Of a stretch of 64,000 nt of DNA, positions 54,478 to 63,619 are shown piece by piece. Every line of letters starts with the position of its first letter. Position 1 is the first letter of the stretch. The stretch is from Candidatus Omnitrophota bacterium (GTDB lineage Bacteria; Omnitrophota; Gorgyraeia; Gygaellales; Profunditerraquicolaceae): assembly GCA_041662125.1 (NCBI GenBank), contig JBAZTA010000003.1:71992-135991 (forward strand). The letters run 5' to 3'. The position numbers and the translations under genes are program-made. The notes beneath the pieces were generated by a model. The model was not told the DNA's origin and did not search any database. It saw only the letters and a list, made by a program, of their open reading frames with translations.

Positions 54478-55521
54478 CTATCGGATGTGTGCCTGCTGTA
54501 TAAGATCGCAGACCTCAAAGCCGTACCCAACAGCGATATCGGCGATATCCTCAAGCCTGTTTATATTTGTCGCCCCTCCTAGTGAGAAATTGCCGGTTCT
54601 TTCTTCAAACGCTAACAAAATCGGCTCGGCAAATGCCGCGTGTATCAAATTGTCGGGTAAGCCTAAATCAATGCCAAGATCAATTGATGCCGGCAATTTA
54701 ATCATGCCGCCTTTTATAACCGTACTATCTTTTAAGAGCGCGGCCAGTGTATCGAGGTTTTGGCAATCTGGCACAGCGCAAATAATGCTTTTCGGTTTCA
54801 ATCTGATGCGAGCGAATTTTTCACAAGCGGTATTGGATACGAGGATAAAAATATCCGCCTGCGCTGCTTTTTCAGGCAGCTCATCCATTGAGATTGACTC
54901 AATAGATCCCTGTTTGTGCTCTTCTGTGTTCTGTAAAACAAGTATTTCTTTCAGGGTCTTGAGTTTTTCTTCGTCAGTATCGGCCAGTATGATGTTTGAA
55001 GCGTATGAAGCCAGTTTTTTTGCGCAGAGCATTCCCAGTGATGAAGCTGCCCCGATTATTGCGATTGAAGCATGGTTGAGCTGAAGTTTCTTTTCCTGAG
55101 CTCTCAGGAAAATAGATTCAAAAAATGACCAGCTCAAAAGAGACTCCCCGCTGGTAAAAGGTATTTTTATTTTCTGGGCAATGGTTGTTAAGTCTTGCGC
55201 AGAAAGTCCATATGAGCCGTTGGTGCCCATGATCCGGGCTCCTAAGCGGCCTGCAAGAAGGCCTGCTTCTATGATCTTGGTTTTGATTGTTTCTTTATCA
55301 AGTGAATCGATGGTTTGTTTTAAAACAGGCCAAACGATTATGTGTCCTGAGACCTCTTTACCTTCCCGGGAACGGATCTTTTTTAGAGTGAGCACTTTAA
55401 AAGAGAGATTTTTTCGTAATAAGAATCCCAGAGCTGAATTTGGAAGGAATCGTGTAACCGGCAGTAATCGTTTGAGTTCCTGTGTGGTGGTTGGATTTAT
55501 AAGAATGGCGAATGTTTTCAT
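54478..55521 (-). CDS. NAD(P)-binding Rossmann oxidoreductase, paralog of the C-terminal domain of 52277-53875
   Basis: 347 aa with IIGAASSLGMLCAKKL. The C-terminal GFEVCDLIQ region parallels GFEVADFYW of the paralog. Confidence 0.55.
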   Translation of the reverse strand: MKTFAILINPTTTQELKRLLPVTRFLPNSALGFLLRKNLSFKVLTLKKIRSREGKEVSGHIIVWPVLKQTIDSLDKETIKTKIIEAGLLAGRLGARIMGTNGSYGLSAQDLTTIAQKIKIPFTSGESLLSWSFFESIFLRAQEKKLQLNHASIAIIGAASSLGMLCAKKLASYASNIILADTDEEKLKTLKEILVLQNTEEHKQGSIESISMDELPEKAAQADIFILVSNTACEKFARIRLKPKSIICAVPDCQNLDTLAALLKDSTVIKGGMIKLPASIDLGIDLGLPDNLIHAAFAEPILLAFEERTGNFSLGGATNINRLEDIADIAVGYGFEVCDLIQQAHIR

Positions 55522-55530
55522 GGTTATCCG

Positions 55531-55773
55531 TTAAGGATTTAAGATATCAGGCGAATTCTTTCTGCGCTCTTTTCCAGCGCCGTTATGAATTACTTTATCT
55601 TTGATCCAGTTTTCAATATAATTTTTGTGGAAACGCCAATCAGTGCCTATTTTAAATGCGGGGATCTTACCTTCCCGCGCGTATTTATTCACGGTCAAAG
55701 GGTGAATGTTCAGGTATTCGGCAACCTCTTTGGTGGTCATGATAGGTTTATTTTCATTAATGTTTTCAGCCAT
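55531..55773 (-). CDS. excisionase-family helix-turn-helix DNA-binding protein
   Basis: 80 aa. MTTKEVAEYLNIHPLTVNKYAREGKIPAFKIGTDWRF is the MerR-superfamily excisionase-type HTH_17. Confidence 0.7.
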   Translation of the reverse strand: MAENINENKPIMTTKEVAEYLNIHPLTVNKYAREGKIPAFKIGTDWRFHKNYIENWIKDKVIHNGAGKERRKNSPDILNP

Positions 55774-55874
55774 AGTTCACCTTATTTAGACATATTTAGA
55801 ATAGTTATAAATATACAAAGAAAACCACCTGTTGTCAATGACAATTTATTATTAAAGCTAAGTGACATTTATAG

Positions 55875-56639
55875 TTAGGTGAATTTCTTAGAATGGATTT
55901 GTTGAGAATATTCTTGATAGAGTAAATACAATCCTTTAAGGGTCAAATCAGGGTCGACCTTGTCAATTTTCGTGCAGTAAGGGCGAATGAAGGCAATATT
56001 TCCTCCTGTGGCGATAACACGGGAGTTTTTCCCGATCTTAGCCTTTATGCGTTCAGTGAGGTTATCGGTAAGGCAGGCAAACCCGTACACAATGCCGCTT
56101 AACATGCTGTTTTTAGTATCTTTGCCGATAAATGCTCTGGGTTTTTCCAGCTGTATACGGGGTAAAAGGGCAGTTTTATTTTTGAGTACTTCCAGAGAAA
56201 TACGCAGGCCCGGTATGATCATGCCTCCTAAATATTCTTTTCTTTTGGAAATAACATCAAAGGTGATCGCAGTCCCGTAGTCAATGACTACAAGCGGTGC
56301 TCCATAGAGCATGATCCCGGCGTAGGCATTGACGAGACGGTCCTGTCCGACCTGTTGGGTGTCATGGTATAAGTTTGTGATAGGGACGATATAATCGCGC
56401 CCTAAAATAACGGGTTGAGTGTTTAAGAATTGATTAATAGCCTTTTGGAGTTTGACGGTACTCGTGGGGACCACGCTGCAGATAATAGCTTTTTTGATCG
56501 GATAGCTTTTGAAGATCCCGGAAAGTTGTTTTGCGTAACCCGGTTTTTGTGTCGGGATAATAAAACGTTTCAGTAGCTTTTTTCCCTTAAAAACGCCGAG
56601 GTTAATATTTGTGTTCCCGATATCAGCTGTGAGAAGCAT
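55875..56639 (-). CDS. coaX: type III pantothenate kinase
   Basis: 254 aa with MLLTADIGNTNINLGVF, the DxGTA motif (VVIDYGTAITFD) and GGNIAFI. Confidence 0.9.
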   Translation of the reverse strand: MLLTADIGNTNINLGVFKGKKLLKRFIIPTQKPGYAKQLSGIFKSYPIKKAIICSVVPTSTVKLQKAINQFLNTQPVILGRDYIVPITNLYHDTQQVGQDRLVNAYAGIMLYGAPLVVIDYGTAITFDVISKRKEYLGGMIIPGLRISLEVLKNKTALLPRIQLEKPRAFIGKDTKNSMLSGIVYGFACLTDNLTERIKAKIGKNSRVIATGGNIAFIRPYCTKIDKVDPDLTLKGLYLLYQEYSQQIHSKKFT

Positions 56640-56654
56640 GTGCTCTCCCTTATT

Positions 56655-58625
56655 TTACCTGGTCTGTTCCTGTAACGCTTTGATTTTATCGCGCAGTATT
56701 GCCGCTTGTTCAAATTGTAAACTTCTTGCTGCCAGTTCCATTGCGTGTTCTAATTCGGCAATATATTTTTTCATTTCGTATTCATCTTTTTCCTGGCCGG
56801 TGAGTTCCTGCACAAACCTTTCAGCGCCCGCTATATCTTCTATGCCTTCTTTTATAGTTTTTTCAATTGAGCGGGGAGTGATCTTATTCTTTTTGTTGAA
56901 TGCAAGTTGGATTTTCCGGCGCCGCAAGCTCTCAAAGATCGATTTTTTCATTGAAGCGGTGACCGTATCCGCGTACATGATCACGGTGCCGTTAATATTG
57001 CGCGCTGCCCTTCCGGAAACCTGGATAAGCGAGCTTGCCGATCTCAAGAACCCTTCTTTATCAGCGTCTAAGATCGCTACAAGGGAAACTTCCGGCAGAT
57101 CAAGTCCTTCTCTGAGCAAATTGATACCGACTAAACAGTCAAAATCTTTTTTTCGCAGTTCTCTGAGTATTTTGGAACGTTCGATGGTCTCTATGTCTGA
57201 ATGGAGGTATTTTACCCTGATTCCCTTCTCTTGTAAATAGTCCGTGAGATCTTCCGCCATTTTTTTGGTAAGCGTGGTTACTAATGTCCGTTCATTGCGT
57301 GCAGCCCTTATTTTTACTTCTTTGATCAAATCGTCAAGCTGGTTTTGGGTGGGCTTAATGATGATTTCAGGATCGATAAGCCCTGTTGGACGGATGATCT
57401 GTTCAACGACTTTGCTTTCACTGAGCTTGATTTCATAGTCAGTGGGTGTTGCCGAAACGAAAATAGTTTGTTTTATGAGTTCGTTAAACTCGTTAAAGGT
57501 AAGTGGCCGGTTATCCAGGCATGACGGAAGTCGAAACCCGTATTCTACCAGAGTTTCTTTTCTTGCTTTATCTCCTGCATACATCCCTCGTATCTGGGGC
57601 AGGCTGACATGCGACTCATCAATGACCGTCAAAAAGTCACCCCTGAAATAGTCGATCAGCGAATACGGCCGTGACCCGGCCGGCCTGCCTGAAAGGTGGC
57701 GTGAATAATTCTCTATCCCATGACAGTAACCTATCTCTTTGAGCATTTCCATGTCATAGCGGGTGCGGGATTCAAGCCTTTGGGCTTCCAATAACTTGTT
57801 TTTTCCCTTTAAAACGGCAAGCTGTTGATTCAGCTCAGATTGTATTGATGAGATAGCCCCGTTAATACTGTCTTGGGAAGCAATAAAATGTTTTGCCGGA
57901 TATATCGCGACTTGTTCAAGCACGCAGATTATCTCGGCAGAAACCGGGTTTATTTCCGTTATTTTATCAATGGTCTCATCCAATAACTCCACACGCAATG
58001 CTTTTTCCTGATATGTCGGATATATCTCGATAACGTCGCCGCGTACCCTGAATTTTCCTCGAATGAATTCATAGTCGTTTCGCTCATACTGGATTTTAAT
58101 GAAACTAAGCAGTAGTTCATCGCGGGAAACGCGTTGCCCTTTTTCGATGAAAACCAGCATATTTCTATAATCTTGAGGATTACCGAGATTGTAAATGCAG
58201 GAAACTGAAGCGACAATCAGGACATCATTGCGCGACATAAGGTTTGAGGTCGCTGAAAGCCGCAGCCTGTCAAGGCGGTCATTAATTGAAGAATCCTTTT
58301 CAATATAAGTATCTGTCGAAGGTATGTAGGCTTCCGGTTGGTAATAATCATAGTAGCTGACGAAATATTCAACTGCGTTATGAGGAAAGAATTCTTTGAA
58401 TTCAGCGTAAAGCTGGGCTGCCAGGGTTTTATTATGGGAAATAACCAGAGTCGGCAAGTTCACCTTTTCGATGATATTGGCCAGGGTAAAGGTTTTTCCT
58501 GAGCCGGTTACTCCCAAAAGGGTCTGAAAACGGGTTTTTTCCAGGATTGAACTGGTCAACTCTTGTATTGCTTTTGGCTGGTCGCCGCAAGGTTCAAATT
58601 GTGAGGCTAGCGAGAATTTTTCCAT
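56655..58625 (-). CDS. uvrB: excinuclease ABC subunit B
   Basis: FSLASQFEPCGDQPKAI, GVTGSGKTF, a beta-hairpin region and a C-terminal UVR domain. Start reassigned to MEKFSL at 58625, because the upstream MAICF codons lie inside a terminator-like hairpin. Confidence 0.93.
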   Translation of the reverse strand: MEKFSLASQFEPCGDQPKAIQELTSSILEKTRFQTLLGVTGSGKTFTLANIIEKVNLPTLVISHNKTLAAQLYAEFKEFFPHNAVEYFVSYYDYYQPEAYIPSTDTYIEKDSSINDRLDRLRLSATSNLMSRNDVLIVASVSCIYNLGNPQDYRNMLVFIEKGQRVSRDELLLSFIKIQYERNDYEFIRGKFRVRGDVIEIYPTYQEKALRVELLDETIDKITEINPVSAEIICVLEQVAIYPAKHFIASQDSINGAISSIQSELNQQLAVLKGKNKLLEAQRLESRTRYDMEMLKEIGYCHGIENYSRHLSGRPAGSRPYSLIDYFRGDFLTVIDESHVSLPQIRGMYAGDKARKETLVEYGFRLPSCLDNRPLTFNEFNELIKQTIFVSATPTDYEIKLSESKVVEQIIRPTGLIDPEIIIKPTQNQLDDLIKEVKIRAARNERTLVTTLTKKMAEDLTDYLQEKGIRVKYLHSDIETIERSKILRELRKKDFDCLVGINLLREGLDLPEVSLVAILDADKEGFLRSASSLIQVSGRAARNINGTVIMYADTVTASMKKSIFESLRRRKIQLAFNKKNKITPRSIEKTIKEGIEDIAGAERFVQELTGQEKDEYEMKKYIAELEHAMELAARSLQFEQAAILRDKIKALQEQTR

Positions 58626-58629
58626 GAAA

Positions 58630-58666
58630 CAAATAGCCATTGATACGCACTATCAATGGCTATGCT
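58630..58666 (-). terminator. rho-independent terminator-like hairpin downstream of nadC, abutting the uvrB start codon
   Basis: Minus-strand RNA AUAGCCAUUGAUA-GUGCG-UAUCAAUGGCUAU (13-bp perfect stem) followed by UUGUUUC and then the uvrB AUG. Confidence 0.6.
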
Positions 58667-58693
58667 CATTTGCAATTATTTACTTTTTGTTAT

Positions 58694-59581
58694 TTAACCG
58701 GGTAGGATATCTAAACTGATATCCGCTGTTTTAAACGAATGGGTTAAGTCTCCTACTGAAATAATATCAACGCCGGTTGCCGCGAGTTTCTTGACGATCT
58801 TGATATTTACTCCTCCGGAAGTTTCAAGTTTTGTTTTCGGATGATGGCTGTCAAACCGGGTATTATCGCGGATCTCAACCGCAGTTTTGATGTCTTTGAT
58901 ATCCATATTGTCTAACATGATCACATCCGGCTTAAAGCGCAGCGCGTGGTTGAATTCCTGCATATTTTGCACTTCGATCTCAACTTTATACCCTTTCGGG
59001 ACTTTGGGGAATTGATGGTATCCATCCATAATTTGGATATGATTATCTTTTATCAAGATCATTTCATCCAAAGCCATACGGTGGTTAAATCCTCCTCCGA
59101 TACGGACAGCATATTTCTGTAATTCGCGCAGGCCTGGCATAGTTTTACGGGTATCGGTGATCTTAACTTTATATGGTTTGACTTTTTCCACATATTCCCT
59201 GGTTTTTGTCGCGATACCTGAAAGCATGCTTAAGAGGTTAAGACCGACTCGTTCTGCGCTGAGGATACTGTGGGCTTTACCTTCAATGAGCGCTATTTTT
59301 TTTCCTTTTTTTACCTGGTGGCCTTCTTTGACTTGCGGGGTAAAGATAATATTCTTATCAACTGTCGTAAAAACCCGTTGGATGACTGCCATGCCGCAGA
59401 TCACGCAATCTTCTTTGGCGATCAGAATAGCTTTGATCTGTTTGTCTTGTGGAATAGTCAGTTGAGTGGTGATATCTCCTTTGCCGATATCTTCACATAA
59501 GGCGTGCCGTACGATACTATCCAGTTTGCTCTGGTCCAAACTTGGTTCAGCGCTTGAAAGGAAATACTTATTGGAGTCCAT
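58694..59581 (-). CDS. nadC: nicotinate-nucleotide diphosphorylase (carboxylating) / quinolinate phosphoribosyltransferase
   Basis: 295 aa with ALCEDIGKGDITT and MLDNM, in the TIM-barrel QPRTase family. Confidence 0.9.
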   Translation of the reverse strand: MDSNKYFLSSAEPSLDQSKLDSIVRHALCEDIGKGDITTQLTIPQDKQIKAILIAKEDCVICGMAVIQRVFTTVDKNIIFTPQVKEGHQVKKGKKIALIEGKAHSILSAERVGLNLLSMLSGIATKTREYVEKVKPYKVKITDTRKTMPGLRELQKYAVRIGGGFNHRMALDEMILIKDNHIQIMDGYHQFPKVPKGYKVEIEVQNMQEFNHALRFKPDVIMLDNMDIKDIKTAVEIRDNTRFDSHHPKTKLETSGGVNIKIVKKLAATGVDIISVGDLTHSFKTADISLDILPG

Positions 59582-62255
59582 CGCTCACCTCCTTCTGTTT
59601 TTTTAATTTCTCGTTAAGTTCCGATAGTTTAATTTTTTCTTTCTCCACTATGTCTTGCGGTGCCCGCTTTACAAAGTTCTCGTTCGATAAAAGATTTTCT
59701 TTTGCTTTTATTTCGGATAGGGTCTTTTGTATCTCGGTATCTATCTTGTTTTTATGCTTCTGGGTATCCAGTACGCCGGAAAGCGGGATAACGATATGCG
59801 CGCCGTTTAAGACTAAATCGAATTGGCCGGGGCTATGGATATATTCCGCTTGGCTTGCGGTGCCAATAAGCTTGTTTTTGGAGATAGTTTCAATGTGAGT
59901 TGCAAGCGATTGAAAGAGCTTTTGCTCAACCAAAGAGGTGAAAACCTTAAAATTAAGGATACTCGTAAGCGGGATCTCAAGTTCAGCCCGTAAGTTGCGG
60001 ATAGCAGTGACCGCAACAAACACCGCAGACATTTTTTCTTCGATTTTCTTATCGATGAGGTTGGTTTGCAGGTGCGGCCAGGGTTGGATCATGATCGATT
60101 CCGTTGCCGGGTGCAGGCGGTGCCAGATTTCTTCTGTAATAAACGGCATGAAGGGATGGATGACACGCAAAAACTTTTCCAGCACCTTATACATAATGAG
60201 TTGATTATGGGGATCCTTGATGTCGGTTTTTATTAATTCCAGGTACCAGTCGCAGAAATCGTGCCAGAAAAACCCATATAAAAGGTTCGCTGCTTCATTA
60301 AACTTAAAGGAGTCGAGGTTCTTGTTTGCTTCTCTTATTACGGAATACAGCCTGCTTAATATCCAGCGGTTAACGATATCCAGTTCATTTTTTTTAACAT
60401 GCGCGCAAAGGTCTTCTTTGATATACGCAGTATCAAGGTTCATCATGATAAATCGTGAAGCGTTCCATATTTTGTTCGCGAAATTCCTTCCTTGCTCAAA
60501 GCGTTCTTTGGATAAATATACATCCTGGCCCTGGGCGGTAATTGAAATGAGGCTGAACCGCAGCGCGTCAGTCCCGTATTCATTGATAATTTCAAGAGGG
60601 TCGATGATGTTGCCGAGGGATTTCGACATCTTTTTACCTTCACTATCCCTGACGGTCCCGTGTATGTAGACATCTTTAAACGGGATATCTTTCATGAATT
60701 CAAGCCCGGACATGATCATGCGCGCTACCCAGAAGAAAATAATTTCAGGCGCGGTTACCAGGACAGAAGTAGGGTAGAAATAGTCCAATTCCTGCTTTGC
60801 CTGCTGCCGTTTGCCTTCAGGCAATGAATCGAATGGCCAGTAAAATGTTGCGAACGGCCATAGCCAGCTTGAAAACCAGGTATCTAATACATCTTCATCC
60901 TGATATATATCAGATGACCCGCAGCCGGGGCAATGCGTTGGTTGTTTCCGGGAGACGATGACTCCTGCTGCGGGATGAGGTTTTTCTGCGCAGGTTTTGC
61001 AGTAATAGACCGGAATGCGATGTCCCCACCAGATCTGCCGTGAAATGCACCAATCCTGGATGTTTTCCATCCAGTTCAGGTAAACTTTTGTCCATCGTTT
61101 CGGATGAAACTTTATTTTTCCTTTTTTTACGGCTTCTATTGCCGGCTTGGCGAGCGGGCCCATTTTAACGAACCACTGTTTTGATAAATATGGCTCAATA
61201 AGAGTATGGCAGCGGTAGCAGTGCCCTGCTGATAATTCATGCGGCTGTATTTTTTCAAGCAGCCCTTGATCTTTCATGTCCTTAATAATGGCTTCACGGG
61301 CTTTAAAGCGGTCCATGTTTTTATAGGCCGCGGCATTTTCGTTCAAGCGGCCGTCAGGAAACATGATCGTGATGAATTGCAAGTTATGCTTTTTGCCCAT
61401 CGCGTAATCATTGGGGTCATGAGCAGGCGTGACCTTTACCGCGCCGGTACCGAATTTTGCGTCGACCATTTCATCGCCGATGATCTCAATTTCACGGTTT
61501 ACCAGGGGCACGATAAGTTTTTTACCGATCAATTTTTTGTAGCGTTTATCTTTAGGGTTCACCGCGACTGCAGTGTCGCCCAGCATGGTTTCCGGACGGG
61601 TTGTCGCCACGACTACAAAATCAGTAGGGGACTCCTTAAGCGGGTATTTTAAAAAAAAGAGATTACCCTGTAACTGCTGGTGAGGAGCTTCTTCATCAGA
61701 AAGGGCAGTTTGGCAGCGGGGGCACCAGTTAATGATATAGTTTCCTTGATAAATCAGGCCCTTTTCATATAAACTGACAAATACTTCTTTGACCGCGCTG
61801 GAATAATCCTGGTCCATGGTAAAACGAAGCCTCTCCCAGTCGCAGGAAGACCCTAATTTCTTAAGCTGGCGAATTATGGTTTGGCCGTATTCTTCTTTCC
61901 ACGACCACACTCTTTCAATGAATTTCTCTCTTCCCATGTCCTGGCGTTTGAGGTTTTCTTTGGCAATTGATTTCTCGACCACATTCTGTGTCGCAATTCC
62001 GGCGTGGTCAGTACCGGGCATCCAGAGGGCCTCTTGCCCTTTCATACGGTGATAGCGCACCAGTATATCCTGAATAGTGTTATTAAGGGCATGCCCCATG
62101 TGCAGGATACCGGTTACATTGGGGGGAGGAATAACGATGCAAAACGGCGCTTTCGCCGGATCAGGCTTCCCATGGAAGAGATTCTTTTCCTGCCAGAAGG
62201 CGTACCACCTGTCTTCTACTTCTTTGGAGTTATAAATTTTAGGTAATTCACTCAT
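59568..62255 (-). CDS. valS: valine--tRNA ligase
   Basis: 895 aa with PPPNVTGILHMGHA (HIGH), KMSKSLGN, an editing domain and a C-terminal coiled coil. Confidence 0.95.
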   Translation of the reverse strand: MSELPKIYNSKEVEDRWYAFWQEKNLFHGKPDPAKAPFCIVIPPPNVTGILHMGHALNNTIQDILVRYHRMKGQEALWMPGTDHAGIATQNVVEKSIAKENLKRQDMGREKFIERVWSWKEEYGQTIIRQLKKLGSSCDWERLRFTMDQDYSSAVKEVFVSLYEKGLIYQGNYIINWCPRCQTALSDEEAPHQQLQGNLFFLKYPLKESPTDFVVVATTRPETMLGDTAVAVNPKDKRYKKLIGKKLIVPLVNREIEIIGDEMVDAKFGTGAVKVTPAHDPNDYAMGKKHNLQFITIMFPDGRLNENAAAYKNMDRFKAREAIIKDMKDQGLLEKIQPHELSAGHCYRCHTLIEPYLSKQWFVKMGPLAKPAIEAVKKGKIKFHPKRWTKVYLNWMENIQDWCISRQIWWGHRIPVYYCKTCAEKPHPAAGVIVSRKQPTHCPGCGSSDIYQDEDVLDTWFSSWLWPFATFYWPFDSLPEGKRQQAKQELDYFYPTSVLVTAPEIIFFWVARMIMSGLEFMKDIPFKDVYIHGTVRDSEGKKMSKSLGNIIDPLEIINEYGTDALRFSLISITAQGQDVYLSKERFEQGRNFANKIWNASRFIMMNLDTAYIKEDLCAHVKKNELDIVNRWILSRLYSVIREANKNLDSFKFNEAANLLYGFFWHDFCDWYLELIKTDIKDPHNQLIMYKVLEKFLRVIHPFMPFITEEIWHRLHPATESIMIQPWPHLQTNLIDKKIEEKMSAVFVAVTAIRNLRAELEIPLTSILNFKVFTSLVEQKLFQSLATHIETISKNKLIGTASQAEYIHSPGQFDLVLNGAHIVIPLSGVLDTQKHKNKIDTEIQKTLSEIKAKENLLSNENFVKRAPQDIVEKEKIKLSELNEKLKKQKEVSDGLQ

Positions 62256-62283
62256 AGTGAGAATATAGCGTAGAGAGATAAAA

Positions 62284-62493
62284 TTATTTTTTCTTTACGT
62301 TTGTTTTTGAAGAATCCAGGATCTCCGGCTTTTCGTAATATTCGCTGCTTACTTGTTTTTTTTGCAATGTCCCGACTTCTTTGGTGATCGAATCAAGGAT
62401 TTTCAAACATCCCGGGCCTTTCAGTCCTTTAATATGTACTTTTAATTGCCCGTCATCAGAAATAAAGAGTTCTATTTCCTGCTTGGCAGCCAT
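62284..62493 (-). CDS. DUF2997 family small protein
   Basis: 69 aa. IELFISDDGQLKVHIKGLKGPGCLK...SEYYEKPE matches the DUF2997 consensus. Confidence 0.7.
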   Translation of the reverse strand: MAAKQEIELFISDDGQLKVHIKGLKGPGCLKILDSITKEVGTLQKKQVSSEYYEKPEILDSSKTNVKKK

Positions 62494-62505
62494 ATGCCCT
62501 CCTCT

Positions 62506-62907
62506 TTATGACCACTTGCGCGCAACAAGGCGGATAGTATTATTTTGGACCTTCTCTTCCTGCGCAATAACATAGCCCTGTTTCTTGAGTTGGTCTATAA
62601 CGACATTATACGAGTAACGCTGCCTCAGTTTCTTTATTAAATTTTGCTGTTCCTTGATTTGAGCGGGGTTTAATCCTGAGGTATCGGCAATTACTGAGTA
62701 GTCGCCTTTTGCTGTTTTTTCGAAACCGATATTCCTACCGTTTTTGTCTGTGATGATCAGGTCAGCTTTATGGATGGTACCATCGGCGGCCTTCATCGAT
62801 GAAAGTTGGCGGTATTCAATGCCTAAATCCACAATTGATTTAATCAAGGCTGACAGGCAGTGTAGTTCTAATCCTATGATACCTTCTCCTGACATAATTC
62901 CCTCCAT
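62506..62907 (-). CDS. DUF1257 (Ycf35-like) family protein
   Basis: 133 aa with KSIVDLGIEY...KADLIITDKNGRNIGFEKTAKGDYSVIADTSGLN, matching DUF1257. Confidence 0.7.
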   Translation of the reverse strand: MEGIMSGEGIIGLELHCLSALIKSIVDLGIEYRQLSSMKAADGTIHKADLIITDKNGRNIGFEKTAKGDYSVIADTSGLNPAQIKEQQNLIKKLRQRYSYNVVIDQLKKQGYVIAQEEKVQNNTIRLVARKWS

Positions 62908-62914
62908 TTATTTA

Positions 62915-63619
62915 TCAGCGAAATACCCTAAAGAAACAAGACCCGAATTGGAAAACGATGAAAATCAGGAATACAATAAGGCCGACAATACGCCAACTCA
63001 GGCTTCTTCTGATGCTTTCTAAACGTGATGCAATATCAAATGATGCTTGTTGTGCCTGCGTATTCCTTTCGTTAAGCCATGCTTCTATAACTTTGGAACT
63101 ATACCCCTGCTTACGGATACGCCCCATTAAAGCGAAAATCTCGGGGGGCAGATTTTTATCAGTTGATTTATATATTTTATCGTCAATATTTAAAACGATT
63201 ACATTCTCAGATTCTTTGACGGCTTTCAAATCTCCGGCTAAGGTAAAGTCTATGCCGCAGACCCAGCAATTTGCCCTGTCAGCTTGATTTACCGCTTGGC
63301 AGGCAGGACAGCGTTTTAATCCTTTTACTTTTGTTTGATAGTCTTCTGCAAATTTAGTCTTTAGTCCAGCGCTGCAATAATAACATTTCTCCGCCAGGGG
63401 GGAGTTTTCAGCGCCGCAATAGGGGCAGAGAAAAAAATAATCAACTTTTGCCGGAGCTGTTTCCTGTGGCGTGATTTTGTCTGATATCTCTACTTTGATC
63501 TTTTTATTGCCTATTTCTAAACATTCAAACCGTTTTGAAGCCCGCAGGTAACTTTCACAAACGCGGCCCTTGGTGGTATGTTCTAACCGTTCAAAGCGTT
63601 TTAAGAATTTCTTGATCAC
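62915..63619 (-). CDS. double zinc-ribbon protein with C-terminal transmembrane anchor
   Basis: 234 aa with two ribbons (CPYCG...CYYC and CPAC...CWVCG) and a C-terminal TM WRIVGLIVFLIFIVFQF. Confidence 0.55.
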   Translation of the reverse strand: MIKKFLKRFERLEHTTKGRVCESYLRASKRFECLEIGNKKIKVEISDKITPQETAPAKVDYFFLCPYCGAENSPLAEKCYYCSAGLKTKFAEDYQTKVKGLKRCPACQAVNQADRANCWVCGIDFTLAGDLKAVKESENVIVLNIDDKIYKSTDKNLPPEIFALMGRIRKQGYSSKVIEAWLNERNTQAQQASFDIASRLESIRRSLSWRIVGLIVFLIFIVFQFGSCFFRVFR

